Below are positions 39,812 to 55,239 of a DNA stretch of 64,000 nucleotides, one piece after another; position 1 is the first letter of the stretch, and every line of letters begins with the position of its first letter. The stretch covers positions 2,377 to 66,376 of the forward strand of contig JAKBMB010000025.1 of the NCBI GenBank assembly GCA_021831785.1, given 5' to 3'. This DNA is from Deltaproteobacteria bacterium (GTDB lineage: Bacteria; Desulfobacterota; Binatia; Binatales; Binataceae). The notes beneath the pieces are model-generated. The model was not told the DNA's origin and did not search any database. It was given only the letters and a program-made list of their open reading frames with translations. Position numbers and translations under genes: made by a program.

Positions 39812-39996
39812 TAAAGCGCACTGAAGAGGACAAACGTGGTCGAGCCCGCGGCCCGAAACGGCCTGGCTTGTCGGGCGCGCGCGCGAGGGCAATCCGAGCG
39901 AAGGCAATGTCACCGCGCTCATGGTCGCCCGGCTCAGAGCCGGTGAATTTTTGGCAAGCTGCCGCATGCCGCCGTAGGCTGCGCCCGATAGGTCTC

Positions 39997-40051
39997 TAGT
40001 GGGGCGGGCCGCCGTGCCCGCCCCACTACTCAAAAATTCACAAACTCTCAG
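39997..40051 (+). repeat. REP/MITE-like element, copy 1
   Basis: Perfect 13-bp hairpin TAGTGGGGCGGGC-CGCCGT-GCCCGCCCCACTA plus tail CTCAAAAATTCACAAACTCTCAG; related copies at 55195, 63825 and 63941. Confidence 0.75.
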
Positions 40052-40112
40052 GACAACTTGCAAGAGGGTTCACAAAATAACGAACGAGAGCCGATCTCTG
40101 CGCGGTGTCCGT

Positions 40113-41285
40113 TTAGGTAGAATCCCTTTCGCGCAGCGAGGAGCGTCGATCCCGAGCTTCTTGCGCCGATTGCGATTGCGCTTGGAGCGCGAGCGCTGCC
40201 GCTCGGCGATAGTCTCCGGTTCGCCCGCTCGGCCGGAGCAACCCCCCGAGCGCCTTGTATAGAGCGCTCATTTCGGCCCGGGTTCCGATCGTTATCCGCA
40301 GTCCGTCGCGAAGCTCAGGCGAGCTGAAATGGCGCACGAGGATGCCCCTTCGGCGAAGCGCGTTGGCAAGCGCTCCCAGGTCGCAGTCGGGAATGCGCGC
40401 GAAGACGAAGTTGGCCGACGAGGGTAAAACCTCGAAGCCCAACCGGGCGAGCTGCTCCTGCGCGCGGTCACGTTCGCGCTTTATTCGGGCGACATTGTGC
40501 CGCATCCATGGAATATCTTCCAGCGCGCCAACACCCGCCGCCAACGCCAGGCGGCTTACGTTGTACGAGTCTTTGATTTTGCACAAGGTCCGGATTACCG
40601 GCGGAGAAGCGAAGCAGAGGCCAAGCCGCATCCCGGCCAACGAAAACGACTTGGAAAAAGATCGCAGGACAACAACGTTGTTGTGGCGCTTGAGCAGGCG
40701 CAAAGCGTGGTCTTCGGCAAAATCAACGTATGCCTCGTCGATTGCCAGCAGCCGCGGCTTAAGCTTTGCCGCAAGCCGGTCAAGGCTCTCAACCGGCGTG
40801 AATGCTCCGCTGGGTGAGTTCGGGTTGCACACGATCGTGAGCTTGGCGCGCGCCCGCGCCAACGTTGCCGGCATCGCCGCGTTGCCCAGAGAAAACGGAA
40901 CGCGCCGGACGCGCGCCTCTTGTATCGCCGCCAGGGTATCGTAGAGCGTATAGCTCGGCGCGGGATAAGCCAGCGTATCTGCCCGGCCCAGCACGGCGCG
41001 AAATAGAATCCCGAGCAACTCATCGCAACCGTTGCCTGCGAGAATTGTGCTGCGCCCCACGCCGAAGACGGCGGCTGCGCGTTCGATTAGCCCGTCTGCG
41101 CGCGGTGGCGGGTACAAGCGCAGGACCCCGTTCTTCAGCGCCTGCGCCACCCTTCTTCCGACCACGGGCGAAGGCGGATAGGGGTTCTCGTTGGTATTGA
41201 GCTTGATCAGGCGGTGCCCGGGCCCTGGCTGCTCGCCGGGCACGTACGGCGCCATCCTTTCAACCGCGGAACGAAACACGGACAA
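40113..41285 (-). CDS. hisC: Histidinol-phosphate aminotransferase
   Basis: YVPGEQP, KLNTNENPYP, GNGCDE, CNPNSPSG, DEAY, RSFSKSFSLAGMRLG; TTG start after AAGGAGG. Confidence 0.93.
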   Translation of the reverse strand: MSVFRSAVERMAPYVPGEQPGPGHRLIKLNTNENPYPPSPVVGRRVAQALKNGVLRLYPPPRADGLIERAAAVFGVGRSTILAGNGCDELLGILFRAVLGRADTLAYPAPSYTLYDTLAAIQEARVRRVPFSLGNAAMPATLARARAKLTIVCNPNSPSGAFTPVESLDRLAAKLKPRLLAIDEAYVDFAEDHALRLLKRHNNVVVLRSFSKSFSLAGMRLGLCFASPPVIRTLCKIKDSYNVSRLALAAGVGALEDIPWMRHNVARIKRERDRAQEQLARLGFEVLPSSANFVFARIPDCDLGALANALRRRGILVRHFSSPELRDGLRITIGTRAEMSALYKALGGLLRPSGRTGDYRRAAALALQAQSQSAQEARDRRSSLRERDST

Positions 41286-41314
41286 GTCTTGGGCACCCTC
41301 CTTTTGGCCGGCTC

Positions 41315-41737
41315 TCAAGTCGCGCTTCGCCGGCCGGAGGTCGCGGACGGTTGCTTAGGTGCCGCCGCCGTCCGGCCTGAATTACCGGTCGATTGAGTCA
41401 ACCAATCCAGGTAGGTTTTTGCGCCCGCCCACAGCTCAACTCCGATAATCTCCGGGATCTCGTAGGGATGAAGTTCTTTAAGCCGTTGCTCCAACGCGGC
41501 GTAAAGCGCGGCTCGCGTTTTGATCAGCATCAGATGCTCGCTTTCAGTGGTTAGCGCGCCGCGCCATCGGTAGATGGAGTGAATCGGTCCGGTAACGTTG
41601 ACGCACGCGGCAAGGCCCTCCTCCACCAGCGCCGCGGCGATCCGGCCGGCGACCAGCGGATCGTCGACGGTCGAAAGTATAAGTACGGCATTAGTCTTTC
41701 GGCGCGCTTTCGGCGCGCGCGTCTTCCGGCGTGGCAT
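41315..41737 (-). CDS. cutA: Divalent-cation tolerance protein CutA
   Basis: LVEEGLAACVN, SIYRWRG, IKT, HPYEIPEI, YLDWL. Confidence 0.93.
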   Translation of the reverse strand: MPRRKTRAPKARRKTNAVLILSTVDDPLVAGRIAAALVEEGLAACVNVTGPIHSIYRWRGALTTESEHLMLIKTRAALYAALEQRLKELHPYEIPEIIGVELWAGAKTYLDWLTQSTGNSGRTAAAPKQPSATSGRRSAT

Positions 41738-42032
41738 CGATAATCAGCCGCTCTATAGTTGAAGCTTCGAACCGCCTTGTCGACGGCTTAAGCGCAGGGG
41801 CCGCGCCTGCGGATTAGCGCGCGTGAGGCCGCAGGAGGCGGCGTTGGCCGCGGTCTGGAGCTTAATTTCAACGACGCTCGCTCACTTCTTGCCGCGCGCG
41901 CACGAACACGTCAACGAATGCGGCGCGCAAGCGATTCTATGATCGCATATGTATACGCGATATCCGGGGGTAAAGGCTACGAATACAACGCATTCTCCGG
42001 CGCAACTCGCAAGTCGGTTGCGCTCAGCGGCA

Positions 42033-42815
42033 CTAGATCAGACGCAGTCGCTGCAGCAGCTTGGCGGTTGCCGGGCAGGGATGCTGCTCAAGCGTGCCCG
42101 ACCACGCTTCACTAGTGTCTACGCGGCTCCCGTATCGGCGCCGCAGAAGGCGCAAGTGGGCTGCGAGCAGCCACAAATCGTTCGGCTCGTCCACATCATA
42201 CCACCACGGCGCTAGCGCGTAGGCCATCGTGCGAGCCGCCAGCCGCTGTCTGGTCAGCGTAAAAACCTCGCTGCTGCCCCACTCGATATCGTTGAAGATG
42301 TCAGGCATCGGGCCGCGCACCCCAACCATATAGTAGCCTCCGTCAAGGCTTGGACCCAAAACCACGGGAAACCTGTTTAGTAACTCGATCGCGCGGGCAA
42401 TGCAGGAGCACGGCAGGGACGGCGTATCGGTGCCGATTAGGATAGCCCCTTTGAGCCGACAGGGCTCAAGCGCGCGGGCCATCCTTTCACCCAGGTCGCC
42501 CCGGCCTTGCCTTATAAATCGGCCTTTCGCACGGTTGGCCAAGTCCGCAAAATACGCGCCGTCTCCCGCGCCCGCGACGAGCACGCGGACGCCGATCCGG
42601 GCGGCCTTTGCCGCGGTATCCAAGTTAAACGCGTGCGCCAGCGCCGCCGCGGTCCGCGCCCCGAGCGCCGGGATCAGCCGTGTCTTGGTCCTGCCGGCGA
42701 TGGGCTCGCGCGCGAAGACAATTAGGGCCGGCCGGTAAATCCCGCGCTCTGCCTCCGAGAAAATCGCTTCGTTGCTAAGGTCTGACGTCATGGCGCGGTT
42801 GCGGCGTACGCTCAA
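42033..42815 (-). CDS. DUF2064/TIGR04282 family glycosyltransferase-like protein
   Basis: FAREPIAGRTKTRL, QGRGDLGERM, IGTDTP, LGPSLDGGYY, YDVDEPND. Confidence 0.88.
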   Translation of the reverse strand: MSVRRNRAMTSDLSNEAIFSEAERGIYRPALIVFAREPIAGRTKTRLIPALGARTAAALAHAFNLDTAAKAARIGVRVLVAGAGDGAYFADLANRAKGRFIRQGRGDLGERMARALEPCRLKGAILIGTDTPSLPCSCIARAIELLNRFPVVLGPSLDGGYYMVGVRGPMPDIFNDIEWGSSEVFTLTRQRLAARTMAYALAPWWYDVDEPNDLWLLAAHLRLLRRRYGSRVDTSEAWSGTLEQHPCPATAKLLQRLRLI

Positions 42816-45800
42816 TTGTCCGGCGAGCTCGGCTTCAATTCGGAATTAATGATGTTCACCGGCAGGCTCAGAATTTTCTTTAATATTTTTGTCACTGAAG
42901 TGATCGGCGCCGGCAGCACTGAAGGGTCGCTGACCGAACCGCTGGCGGTGACGTAAATCGCGAGCAGACTGTCTTGGCTCGCGAGCCCGTTACCCAGCAC
43001 AGGCAGTAGGCTCAAGACGTTGTCTACCATGTTGAACGGCATCACGCCCACCGTCAGATTCAGCGCGTCGCTGGGGAGATCCACGTAGCCGACCGCCGAA
43101 AGGCGCATTACCGGTCCGTCCAGTATGAGGTCCTTAGTGTGGAGGACGCCATCCTTGCACGTGAGATTCGCCTTGAGAACGCGGAAAGGGATGCCCTCGA
43201 CGAATGGATCGGGAAGCCTGCCGCGCAGCAACCCGCTGACGCTCATCAGACTTAGAACACGCGCCAACAGCTTAAGCCTGTAAGCCGTGCCGTCGTTGAC
43301 CCGAAACGAACCTTTGCCGCTGAGGGTCTGCTTGAGGTCGTTGTTAGTGTTGGTATCGGCGCGAAACTTGGCCTCGGCGCTAAGCCGGCCGGAAAGCACC
43401 GGTTTAGAGCTCGGGTCCGCTGCAGTAAGAAACCAAGCAATATCGATAGCCTTGAGTTGTGTGGTTACATCAAGTATCTCGTCCTCCGAGCGTCCGGTCA
43501 GGTTTATTAGAGCGTGGCCCCCGTACGCTCCGCCGCCGATGTTCGACACCGTCCAATTGTTACCGCGCCGGTCGAAATCGAGCGTGACGCCGGAGAACGT
43601 CAGGCGATCGACCTGAGCCCGATCGATCTTCACATGGCCAGAGATTCTGGTTTCCGGTGAAAAGCGTTTTGGCGGGGGCTTGGGCTGTCCAGGGAAATGT
43701 ACGAACTTCAACGAGCGCAGGTCCAGACGCGCGACGTTGATGCCGATCTGAACCACCGGCCGCATTACGTCGGGAACTTTGATCTTGATATTGGCCTTTT
43801 CGCCTTCGAACTCGGCGTGGTCGACGCTCATCTCGCCGCCGCGGCCGTCGAGCTTAATCACCACGGTCTGAGCCTCGATCGGCGAACGTAAAATCCCCAG
43901 CTTTATCGAGGCCGGACTGGCGGAGAGCCGGCCATGCGCCGAAAAATCGGGGTCGATGCCGGGCGTGCCGAGGACAGACACCCGCCCTTCGACCAAGCCC
44001 GTCGCGATAGCCTCTTTGGGCTTTACCGCCAATCCCAGCCAGTTCTTAATTTCGACCGGCTGAAGGTCGACCACCAGCCTGCGCAGCCTCGAATCTCGGC
44101 CGTCAATTTTCGCGCTTCCGTCAAGGAATGCATTTGACCGACCGTCGGCCAGATGCAAACGCTCGACGGTCAAAAGCCCCGGGACAAGCGACGCCGTACC
44201 GTCGACGAGCTTCACGGAACGGGCCGGCGAGCGCATGACGACCGAGACCTGCCGAGGGCGCAGTTCAACCTGGTAGGTGCCCAGGGCGAACTTGGACGCT
44301 TGACCAATTCGGCCTTCTGCCTTGGCGTCGAGCGTGGCGATTCCGTCGATTGCTTTGAGGTATTGGCGTATCGTGCGGGCGCGGTCGCCGGCCAAGCCAA
44401 GGGCTGGTTTGTACAGCTCGCCGAGCGCAAGGCTGGCGTTGAGACGCGCGATAAACCGTGCTTGACCAGCCGAAGGTATCAGGTCCGCGCTCACGCTGCC
44501 CGCCGAGAGCACCGAATTGCCTAGCCGCGCTTGCATCTGCGAGACGCTTAGTCGGCTTTTTTCCAGAAGCAGGCGTGCTTGAACGCCGGTGAGCGCGGGT
44601 AGCCCAAGCGAGGGAGGAAGTGAAGCGGCCGCCTGGCTTATGTTGGCGGCCAGGTGAAGGTTCCTTATCAGTTCGTCCTTCTTCGGTAGTCGCCCGCCAC
44701 CGATTTGCGTGCTCAGCTCAGCCTGCTCTAGCGTCAAGCGCCCGGACTGGACGTTTGCGGCGAGCGTCTCGGCCGCGCGGGGGACTGCTTTGAGTTGTCC
44801 CAGCCAGAGCTTCGTTTGAGCCAGGTTCAAGGTCAGCCCGCTGACCTTTAGCGTCAGCCGCGGGGCCGCGGTCGCAAGCTCCGTCAGCGCGCCCTCGCCG
44901 TGCAGCAGAGGGTCGGAGCCTTTTTTCAGTGAAGCCTGCTCGACACGCAAACTGTCGCCGGTGAAGATTATCGACGAGCTGAACGAGTAGTCCGCTGCGT
45001 CGGTGGGCCGTTTGAGTATGGGACTCGTAATCACGGCTTGCACAAGCTTGAGACTAATCGTACCCGCCGCTCGGCCGTCGTCGCTTAGCACAAGCATCAG
45101 GCTTCCCTTCGGGCGTGCCTGCACCGCCGTGCCGTTGAACGCAACCTGCATGGCGGATTCACGCAAAAACCGGAGCCTCCCTTGAGCCCACGTATGATCG
45201 GCCCGCTCGGCGGGGCTTAACTCGCCGTCACCCGTGATTAGAGCTCCGGATGCGATGGTCGTCGCGGGGACCAGCCGAAATTTAGTCTGCCAAACACCGC
45301 TTGCCGGGCTTGGGCGAGAAATCCGCAGACTGAAATCTGTGACCAGCGGTTTGCCGTCGGCCGCGAGGACGGCCGCATCCTCGACGCCGAGATCAAGCGT
45401 GACGTTGCCGAGCGTCTTGAGTATCTGTCCCAGGTGTTCGGACGCCTGTTTTTCTAAAGTGATGAACTGTGTCGCGTAGGGTTCGAGTCGCGCAGCCGCC
45501 ATCGGCCGCGCCCCAGATGAAGCCGGCGCCGCTTGTCCGGCCGCACCGACGCGCGCAGCCGGGCCGCGCAACGGAGCCGAAAGCTGCGCCGCGGCCGCGA
45601 ACGAGCCGGGCATAACGGGTGAACTTGAGCCAACCAGTGCCGCAGGCGTCGCGGGCGTAGTCGGCAGCCTTATGCGCGGCGCTTCGACGACAATGGCCGC
45701 TAGCGGCAGGCCGCGGTTATGAAGCAGGCTGCGATAATGGTAAAAGACCGTCAGACGCTTGAAGGTTACGAGCCTATGACCGTGGCTAATCAGTTCTCCG

Positions 45801-46000
45801 TCGTCGATCTGGATTGCGGGATGAACGAGAAACCTGAATCTGATGGCGCGGAAATTGATGTCAAGCCCGGTCACCGACCTCAATAAGGCGACCGCGAGCG
45901 GCGCAAACCGATTGCGGCCGTAATCGTAGGAAACCGTGGCGCCGATAGCCAGCATCACCACCAGGACGAGCGCCAATGCGATTGCGAGCCGCCGCCTCAT
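42812..46000 (-). CDS. AsmA-like (YhdP/DUF3971-type) envelope protein
   Basis: N-terminal TM anchor, long beta-rich body, C-terminal LSAVGYVDL...LSLLPVLG...ASGSVSDPSV AsmA_2-like end. Confidence 0.8.
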   Translation of the reverse strand: MRRRLAIALALVLVVMLAIGATVSYDYGRNRFAPLAVALLRSVTGLDINFRAIRFRFLVHPAIQIDDGELISHGHRLVTFKRLTVFYHYRSLLHNRGLPLAAIVVEAPRIRLPTTPATPAALVGSSSPVMPGSFAAAAQLSAPLRGPAARVGAAGQAAPASSGARPMAAARLEPYATQFITLEKQASEHLGQILKTLGNVTLDLGVEDAAVLAADGKPLVTDFSLRISRPSPASGVWQTKFRLVPATTIASGALITGDGELSPAERADHTWAQGRLRFLRESAMQVAFNGTAVQARPKGSLMLVLSDDGRAAGTISLKLVQAVITSPILKRPTDAADYSFSSSIIFTGDSLRVEQASLKKGSDPLLHGEGALTELATAAPRLTLKVSGLTLNLAQTKLWLGQLKAVPRAAETLAANVQSGRLTLEQAELSTQIGGGRLPKKDELIRNLHLAANISQAAASLPPSLGLPALTGVQARLLLEKSRLSVSQMQARLGNSVLSAGSVSADLIPSAGQARFIARLNASLALGELYKPALGLAGDRARTIRQYLKAIDGIATLDAKAEGRIGQASKFALGTYQVELRPRQVSVVMRSPARSVKLVDGTASLVPGLLTVERLHLADGRSNAFLDGSAKIDGRDSRLRRLVVDLQPVEIKNWLGLAVKPKEAIATGLVEGRVSVLGTPGIDPDFSAHGRLSASPASIKLGILRSPIEAQTVVIKLDGRGGEMSVDHAEFEGEKANIKIKVPDVMRPVVQIGINVARLDLRSLKFVHFPGQPKPPPKRFSPETRISGHVKIDRAQVDRLTFSGVTLDFDRRGNNWTVSNIGGGAYGGHALINLTGRSEDEILDVTTQLKAIDIAWFLTAADPSSKPVLSGRLSAEAKFRADTNTNNDLKQTLSGKGSFRVNDGTAYRLKLLARVLSLMSVSGLLRGRLPDPFVEGIPFRVLKANLTCKDGVLHTKDLILDGPVMRLSAVGYVDLPSDALNLTVGVMPFNMVDNVLSLLPVLGNGLASQDSLLAIYVTASGSVSDPSVLPAPITSVTKILKKILSLPVNIINSELKPSSPDN

Positions 46001-46641
46001 CGGTTCTTTTTCTCACGCTCTGCCGCGAATTTCCTCGGGTCAAGTCGCAAGCTTTCGCCTCCGGTAAGCCCTGCTACGCGCTTCGCTGCGCTAGACTCCA
46101 GTATCGCGTTCAGCAAATGATTTTACGAGAGCGCCGGCGCTCAACCGACGCGGCGACGGCGGGCCGGCGCAAGCAAGCTAGTTCGAGAGGCGGGGGCTCT
46201 ATCCGAGGCGCCGAATTGAAAATTATCGCGGCGATGGCGGTTGCGACGAGACTTCCGGTCCGACCGGATTGGGGCTATCTTCCGGTGCGCTGCCTGCGCG
46301 GGGCAAGCGAGGCTGACTCATTCCCTACGCACCCCGTCTTCTCCACGGGTGTTCCCCATGCGCATTGGCGACACCCATATCCACGGGTGCGGCTCATGCT
46401 TGAGAACCGGATTAGGTTGGCGGTCGTTTTCGCCGCCGGCGCCTCGCTAGCTTGCTAGGATGCCGCCGGCTCGCGCTCTTCGCGCAGCGCCAAGCTCCCG
46501 GTTAAGTGTCTTCGGCGTTGATTTGCGGACGTGCCGCTTTGACCCGTCGTCCATGTCTAACTCTGCTTCATCATGGACGTAGGAGCGCCGCGGATGGTTG
46601 ACCTCAGAACTGCAAATCGGAGGTCCTTCGTCAGAACCGGT

Positions 46642-48687
46642 TCAGGAGTTTAGCAGCTTTAGCGCGCGGGCGACGACGTGTTCCGTCGTAAAATTAAAGT
46701 GTTTCATTAAGTCCTTGTACGGCGCGGAGGCGCCGTAGCCGGTCATGCCGATGATGTCGCCGTAAGTTCCGACCCACTGATGCCAACATTGCGGCGAGCC
46801 CGCTTCGACCGCGAGCCGGCGCGTGATGTCCTTGGGCAGTACGCTTTGCCGGTAGGACTCGGGTTGGGCCTCAAACAGCTCGAAGCTCGGCATGCTGACC
46901 ACTCTTACCGCTGCTCCCTGGCGCTCGAGATCGTCTTTGGCTGCCAGCACGAGATGCAGCTCGGAGCCGCTGGCAAGCAGGATGACATCGCTCTTGCGCC
47001 CGGCGGTTTCGCTCAGCACGTAGGCGCCGCGCGCTAGTTCGCTTGCGGGCGCCGCCGATGTGCGATCGATGGTCGGCAAGCCCTGCCGGGTGAGCGCCAG
47101 CAGCACCGGGCCGGAGCGGTGGCTTATCGCGACGCGCCACGCTTCGACCGCTTCGTTGGCGTCGGCGGGGCGAATCACCGTCATGCCGGGAATCGCCCTG
47201 AGGCTTGCCAGATGCTCGACCGGTTGATGCGTCGGGCCGTCTTCGCCCAGGCCGATGGAGTCGTGAGTGAAAACGTAGATCACGTGCAGGCGCATCATCG
47301 CCGCCAACCGCAGCGAGGGCCGGCAGTAGTCGGTGAAGATGAGAAAGCTCGCGCCGAATGGAATCAATCCGCCGAAGAGCGCGACACCGTTGAGCGCGGC
47401 GCACATCGCATGCTCGCGCACGCCGAAGTGTACATTGCGCCCCGAGAAATTATCGCGCGCAAACTCGCCCCCGTCCTTGATTTTGGTCAGCGTCGACTCG
47501 TTGAGGTCCGCCGCGCCGCCGAAAAGATTCTTGACGCGCTGGCTGACCATCGCCATCGCTTTGGAGCCCGACTGGCGGGTTGCCATAACCTCGCCGGCGG
47601 AGAATTCAGGGAGCGCCGCGTCCCAATCTTGCGGCAGCTTGCCGGAAAGCGCGGCCTCGTACCGGCGCGCCAGGTCCGGATAGCTTTGCGCATAGCGGGC
47701 GAAGCGCGCGCGCCAGTCGGCCTCAAGCTTGTTGCCTCGCTCGACACAGCGGCGAAATTCAGCCAGCGCACGCTCCGGCACGTAAAACTCGGGTTCCAGC
47801 GGCCAATCATAGTTGCCTTTGGTGAGCTTCACCTCTTCCTTGCCGAGCGCCTTGCCGTGGGCTTCCGAGGAGTCCTGCCGGTGCGGACTTCCGTAGCCGA
47901 TATGCGTGCGCACGCGAATCAGCGAGGGACGCCCGCGCTCGGCGCACGCTCGTGTCAGCGCCTGGTGTATCGCGCCGATATTGTTGCCGTCCGCCACCGC
48001 CTCGGTGTGCCATCCGTAAGCCTCAAAGCGCTTGCCCACGTCCTCGGAAAAAGCCAACTCGGTCCCGCCGTCGATCGTGACGTGGTTGTCGTCGTACAGG
48101 TAGATGATATTGCCGAGCCCGAGATGACCGGCCAGCGAGGCGGCCTCGCTGGCCACCCCCTCCATTAGGTCGCCGTCGCTTACGATCCCGAACACCCGCC
48201 AGTCGAATAGCGCAAAGTCATCGCGCTCGAAGCAAGACGCGGTGTGCTTGGCCGCCATCGCCATCCCTACGCCGTTGGCAAAACCTTGTCCCAGCGGGCC
48301 GGTTGTGGTTTCGACGCCGGACGTGTGCCAGTTTTCCGGATGGCCCGGAGTGCGGCTGCCGAGTTGGCGGAAACGCTTGATTTCGTCAAGCGGCAGATCG
48401 TAACCCGTGAGATACAGCAGCGCGTAGAGCAGCATCGAGCCGTGCCCGGCCGAAAGCACGAAGCGGTCGCGTCCGGGCCAGCGCGGGTTTGACGGGTTGT
48501 GCCGCAAAAAGCGCGTCCACAGCACGTATCCCATCGCCGCCGCGCCCATCGGCATCCCGGGATGCCCCGAGTTGGCCCGCTCCACCGCGTCGATCGCCAG
48601 GGTCCTTATCGTACTGATGCACAGCCGATCGAGCTCGGCGTACTCCAGGGTCTGCTCAGCGTGTTTCTTAACTGCCATTGTCGTCAT
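46642..48687 (-). CDS. tkt: Transketolase
   Basis: [59 protein letters not shown]. Confidence 0.97.
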   Translation of the reverse strand: MTTMAVKKHAEQTLEYAELDRLCISTIRTLAIDAVERANSGHPGMPMGAAAMGYVLWTRFLRHNPSNPRWPGRDRFVLSAGHGSMLLYALLYLTGYDLPLDEIKRFRQLGSRTPGHPENWHTSGVETTTGPLGQGFANGVGMAMAAKHTASCFERDDFALFDWRVFGIVSDGDLMEGVASEAASLAGHLGLGNIIYLYDDNHVTIDGGTELAFSEDVGKRFEAYGWHTEAVADGNNIGAIHQALTRACAERGRPSLIRVRTHIGYGSPHRQDSSEAHGKALGKEEVKLTKGNYDWPLEPEFYVPERALAEFRRCVERGNKLEADWRARFARYAQSYPDLARRYEAALSGKLPQDWDAALPEFSAGEVMATRQSGSKAMAMVSQRVKNLFGGAADLNESTLTKIKDGGEFARDNFSGRNVHFGVREHAMCAALNGVALFGGLIPFGASFLIFTDYCRPSLRLAAMMRLHVIYVFTHDSIGLGEDGPTHQPVEHLASLRAIPGMTVIRPADANEAVEAWRVAISHRSGPVLLALTRQGLPTIDRTSAAPASELARGAYVLSETAGRKSDVILLASGSELHLVLAAKDDLERQGAAVRVVSMPSFELFEAQPESYRQSVLPKDITRRLAVEAGSPQCWHQWVGTYGDIIGMTGYGASAPYKDLMKHFNFTTEHVVARALKLLNS

Positions 48688-49049
48688 AATTTCCCGCTAA
48701 AAGCTGTCGAGAGTTTTACGGTGCCGCCCGCCGGTCTCCCCAAGTAATAGGCACTATTTTGCTACAGACCGCGCGGTCAAACCATGCCGCGTTGCCAAGG
48801 TGCGTTTCAAGTGTGTCGTGGGCGGCCGCTCTGCCTAAAGCCTGCCGGTAGGCGTACGCCCTATCTCGCTAGCCGCCGTTGCGAGCGCCACCGTGAGCGT
48901 GACCTTGCGAGCAGCCCCAGCGCGGAGCGCGTCGCGGTTTCTGCCGGCGAGCGCCTTGGGGCGGTCGGAGCTGCGTTAGACAAAAGCGGAATTAGCGGCG
49001 GCCCTCGATGCGGTGATGATTTTGCGCGCCGGTCGCGCCGCGGTGAGCA

Positions 49050-49967
49050 TCAGTCGTGCTCCGCCGTCTTAGTTTTGCTTTCGTCCATGACCCGGCTGGC
49101 CATAATTTCTTCAGCCTCGAGCGTCATGAGAGCGTCGCGCGTGAGCGGCCGTTCGCTTGAAGCGAGCAGGCGCGCGGCCTGGCGCAAGCGAGCGCGCTCG
49201 AGGGCGTTGCGGATACTGCGCGCATTGGCGAAGTTGGGCTGTGCCATGCGCCGCGCGATATACTGACCAAGCGCATTCTCGCCCTCCGGGCTGAGGCGGT
49301 AGTCTTGCTGCGCCAGCATCAGCTTGGCAATCTCCATCAGCTCTCCGGCGGTGTAGTCAGGAAAGTCGATATGATGGGTGATCCGGGATTTCATTCCCGG
49401 GTTGCCCTGGAAGAAACGGTCCATCCGATCCTTATAGCCGGCAAGAATCACCACCAAGTCCTCGCGGTTGTTCTCCATTATCTGGAGCATGATCTCGATT
49501 GCTTCCTGGCCGTAGTCGCGTTCGTTCTCGGGCCGATATAAGTAATAAGCTTCGTCGATAAATAAGACCCCACCCATCGCGCGCTTGAGCACCTCTCGCG
49601 TTTTGGGCGCGGTATGGCCGACGTACTGGCCGACCAAGTCGTCGCGAGTCACGGTGACGAGATGGCCTTTGCGGCTGTAGCCCAAGCGGCGCAAAATCTC
49701 CGCCATGCGCATCGCGACCGTGGTTTTGCCGGTGCCCGGATTGCCGGTGAAGCACATATGAAGCGAGGGACTTTCCGCGATGAGCCCCTCTTCCCGCCGC
49801 ATGCGGTCGATGACAAGCAGCGCGGCGATCTCGCGAATTCGCGTCTTCACCGGCTTAAGGCCGACTAGCTCGGTATCGAGCCGCGCCAGGATTTCACGCA
49901 CGGCCGCGTCGAGGCCCGGCTTCGATTCACCGACGCCATTGTAAGACCGGGGCTCTTCAGTCGCCAT
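49050..49967 (-). CDS. cbbX: Red-type RuBisCO activase CbbX
   Basis: [64 protein letters not shown]. Confidence 0.96.
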   Translation of the reverse strand: MATEEPRSYNGVGESKPGLDAAVREILARLDTELVGLKPVKTRIREIAALLVIDRMRREEGLIAESPSLHMCFTGNPGTGKTTVAMRMAEILRRLGYSRKGHLVTVTRDDLVGQYVGHTAPKTREVLKRAMGGVLFIDEAYYLYRPENERDYGQEAIEIMLQIMENNREDLVVILAGYKDRMDRFFQGNPGMKSRITHHIDFPDYTAGELMEIAKLMLAQQDYRLSPEGENALGQYIARRMAQPNFANARSIRNALERARLRQAARLLASSERPLTRDALMTLEAEEIMASRVMDESKTKTAEHD

Positions 49968-50385
49968 GAGAATAGCGCCGTCCGGCGGGGCTATTGGTCG
50001 CGTACGGCCGCAGCGTGTACTTTATCTGGCGGTCGGCGAAGTCGGTCCGTTCAAGGCCGAAGCCCGGCTCTTCGGCGGGACGGTCGACGATGAAGCTTAG
50101 GGCCGTGGTCTGGCGTCCCTTGCTGCGATCGAAGGCGCTGAGACGCACATAAATGCCCGGGTTGGCCTTGCGGCATCGTTCGAGCTCGAGCATGACCGCG
50201 GCCGCGTCCCTCGCTTCGAACATCGGCGTTTCCCACATATTCCAATAGACGTTGCGGGGATGCGGGTCGTCGGTGTATTCAATCGCTACCGGCCATCCGT
50301 GCTCCAGCGCGTAGTCGACCTGCGCCCGGATTTGTTCGTCGCTCAGCGGCGGCAGGTATGAAAAAGTTCCCTGGGTCAGGTGCAT
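49957..50385 (-). CDS. cbbS: RuBisCO small subunit, red type
   Basis: [42 protein letters not shown] with red-type C-terminal extension. Confidence 0.96.
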   Translation of the reverse strand: MHLTQGTFSYLPPLSDEQIRAQVDYALEHGWPVAIEYTDDPHPRNVYWNMWETPMFEARDAAAVMLELERCRKANPGIYVRLSAFDRSKGRQTTALSFIVDRPAEEPGFGLERTDFADRQIKYTLRPYATNSPAGRRYSHGD

Positions 50386-50400
50386 CGTCGTTAAACCTCT

Positions 50401-54061
<3,661 letters not shown>

Positions 54062-54146
54062 CAGTCGTTTCCCTCCCGCCGTCGGCGCCTTCAAGGCTCG
54101 TCGATTCGTTGCTCTCGGTGCGCGGATTAACGGCTTGCCTTGGACC

Positions 54147-54198
54147 AGGCTAAGCGATATCAATCATGCAGTCAAATACAATTCTTAAATGCTGTTGA
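54147..54198 (-). promoter_or_regulatory. cbb operon promoter with CbbR box
   Basis: TTGACT-17 nt-TAGCCT (54175-54147); upstream TCA-N7-TTA (54198-54186) fits the CbbR TNA-N7-TNA motif; AT-rich divergent spacer. Confidence 0.7.
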
Positions 54199-54210
54199 TT
54201 GATTATTTCT

Positions 54211-55155
54211 ATGGCTAGTTCCAGACTTGAACGTCAGATTACGCTTCATCAGCTCCGCGTTTTCAAAAGCGTCGTCGAGCATCGCGGCTTTACCAGTGCC
54301 GCCCGTGAGCTCTTCTTGAGCCAGCCCGCCGTAACCCATCAGATGCAGACGTTGGCGGGCGCGATCGGTTATCCGCTGTTCCAGCCCGACCGAAAGCGCT
54401 TCGCACTGACGCCGGTGGGTCAGGCGCTGTACGAGCGCGCCGGGCGGATTCTGGCCTTGGTGCGCGAGACAGGCGAGGTAATAGACGACCTTGCCGGACT
54501 GCGCACCGGCTCGCTTCAGGTCGCGGCGGATACCACGGTCGGAATTTATGTGATACCTGACGCGCTCGCCGAATTTCACCAGCGCCATCCGTTCATCAAA
54601 TTGCGCCTGGAGGTGGCTAATCGGGCGCGCGTGCGCGAACTGCTCGAGCGCGGCGACGCCGACCTGGGGATTCTCGGCCGCCTGTGGACCGATCAGGTGC
54701 TCGAAGCCGAGCCGTTCATGGAAAATAGCATCATGTGGTTTTGCGCGCCGAGCCATCCGCTGGTCGAGCGCGAACCGCTGCATCCTAAAGCGCTGCTCGA
54801 AGGTCCCCTGCTGTTGCGCGAACCGGGCTCAGGCACGCGGGAAACGGCGGAGACGGCGCTGAAAAAACACGGCGTCGAGCCGGTGGCGGCGATGGAGATC
54901 GCAAGCAACGGGGCGCTTAAGCGCGCGGTCGGCGGCGGTCTTGGCGTCGCCGCGTTTTCGACTTGGGCGGTCAGGCTCGAACTAGCCTCGGGCCTGCTCC
55001 ATCCGCTTCGCGTGCGCGGCTTTCCCATCAAAAGAACGTGGCACCTGGTACGGCTTCGGGGCCGGCTTTTGAGCCCCGCCGCGCGCGCCTTCCGCGACCA
55101 TCTCCGAAGCCCGCAGTGGCGCAAACGAATCCCGCTGTCGTTGGGCAGCGAGTGA
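54211..55155 (+). CDS. cbbR: LysR-family regulator CbbR
   Basis: ITLHQLRVF...FTSAARELFLSQPAVT HTH, LLREPGSGTR; divergent from the cbb genes. Confidence 0.9.
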   Translation: MASSRLERQITLHQLRVFKSVVEHRGFTSAARELFLSQPAVTHQMQTLAGAIGYPLFQPDRKRFALTPVGQALYERAGRILALVRETGEVIDDLAGLRTGSLQVAADTTVGIYVIPDALAEFHQRHPFIKLRLEVANRARVRELLERGDADLGILGRLWTDQVLEAEPFMENSIMWFCAPSHPLVEREPLHPKALLEGPLLLREPGSGTRETAETALKKHGVEPVAAMEIASNGALKRAVGGGLGVAAFSTWAVRLELASGLLHPLRVRGFPIKRTWHLVRLRGRLLSPAARAFRDHLRSPQWRKRIPLSLGSE

Positions 55156-55194
55156 CCAAAGGACGCGGACCACGCGCGCGCCGCGGCCGCGTTC

Positions 55195-55239
55195 GGCACC
55201 GCGGCCCGCCCCACTACTCAAAACTTCACCAACGCTCAG
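55195..55239 (+). repeat. REP/MITE-like element, copy 2
   Basis: GGCACCGCGGCCCGCCCCACTACTCAAAACTTCACCAACGCTCAG; between convergent cbbR and metH, overlapping the metH stop. Confidence 0.7.

Noticed and set aside
46001-46641. sRNA, tRNA or small gene in the long asmA-tkt gap
   Set aside because: Only short unconvincing ORFs; no tRNA cloverleaf or recognisable RNA motif found by eye
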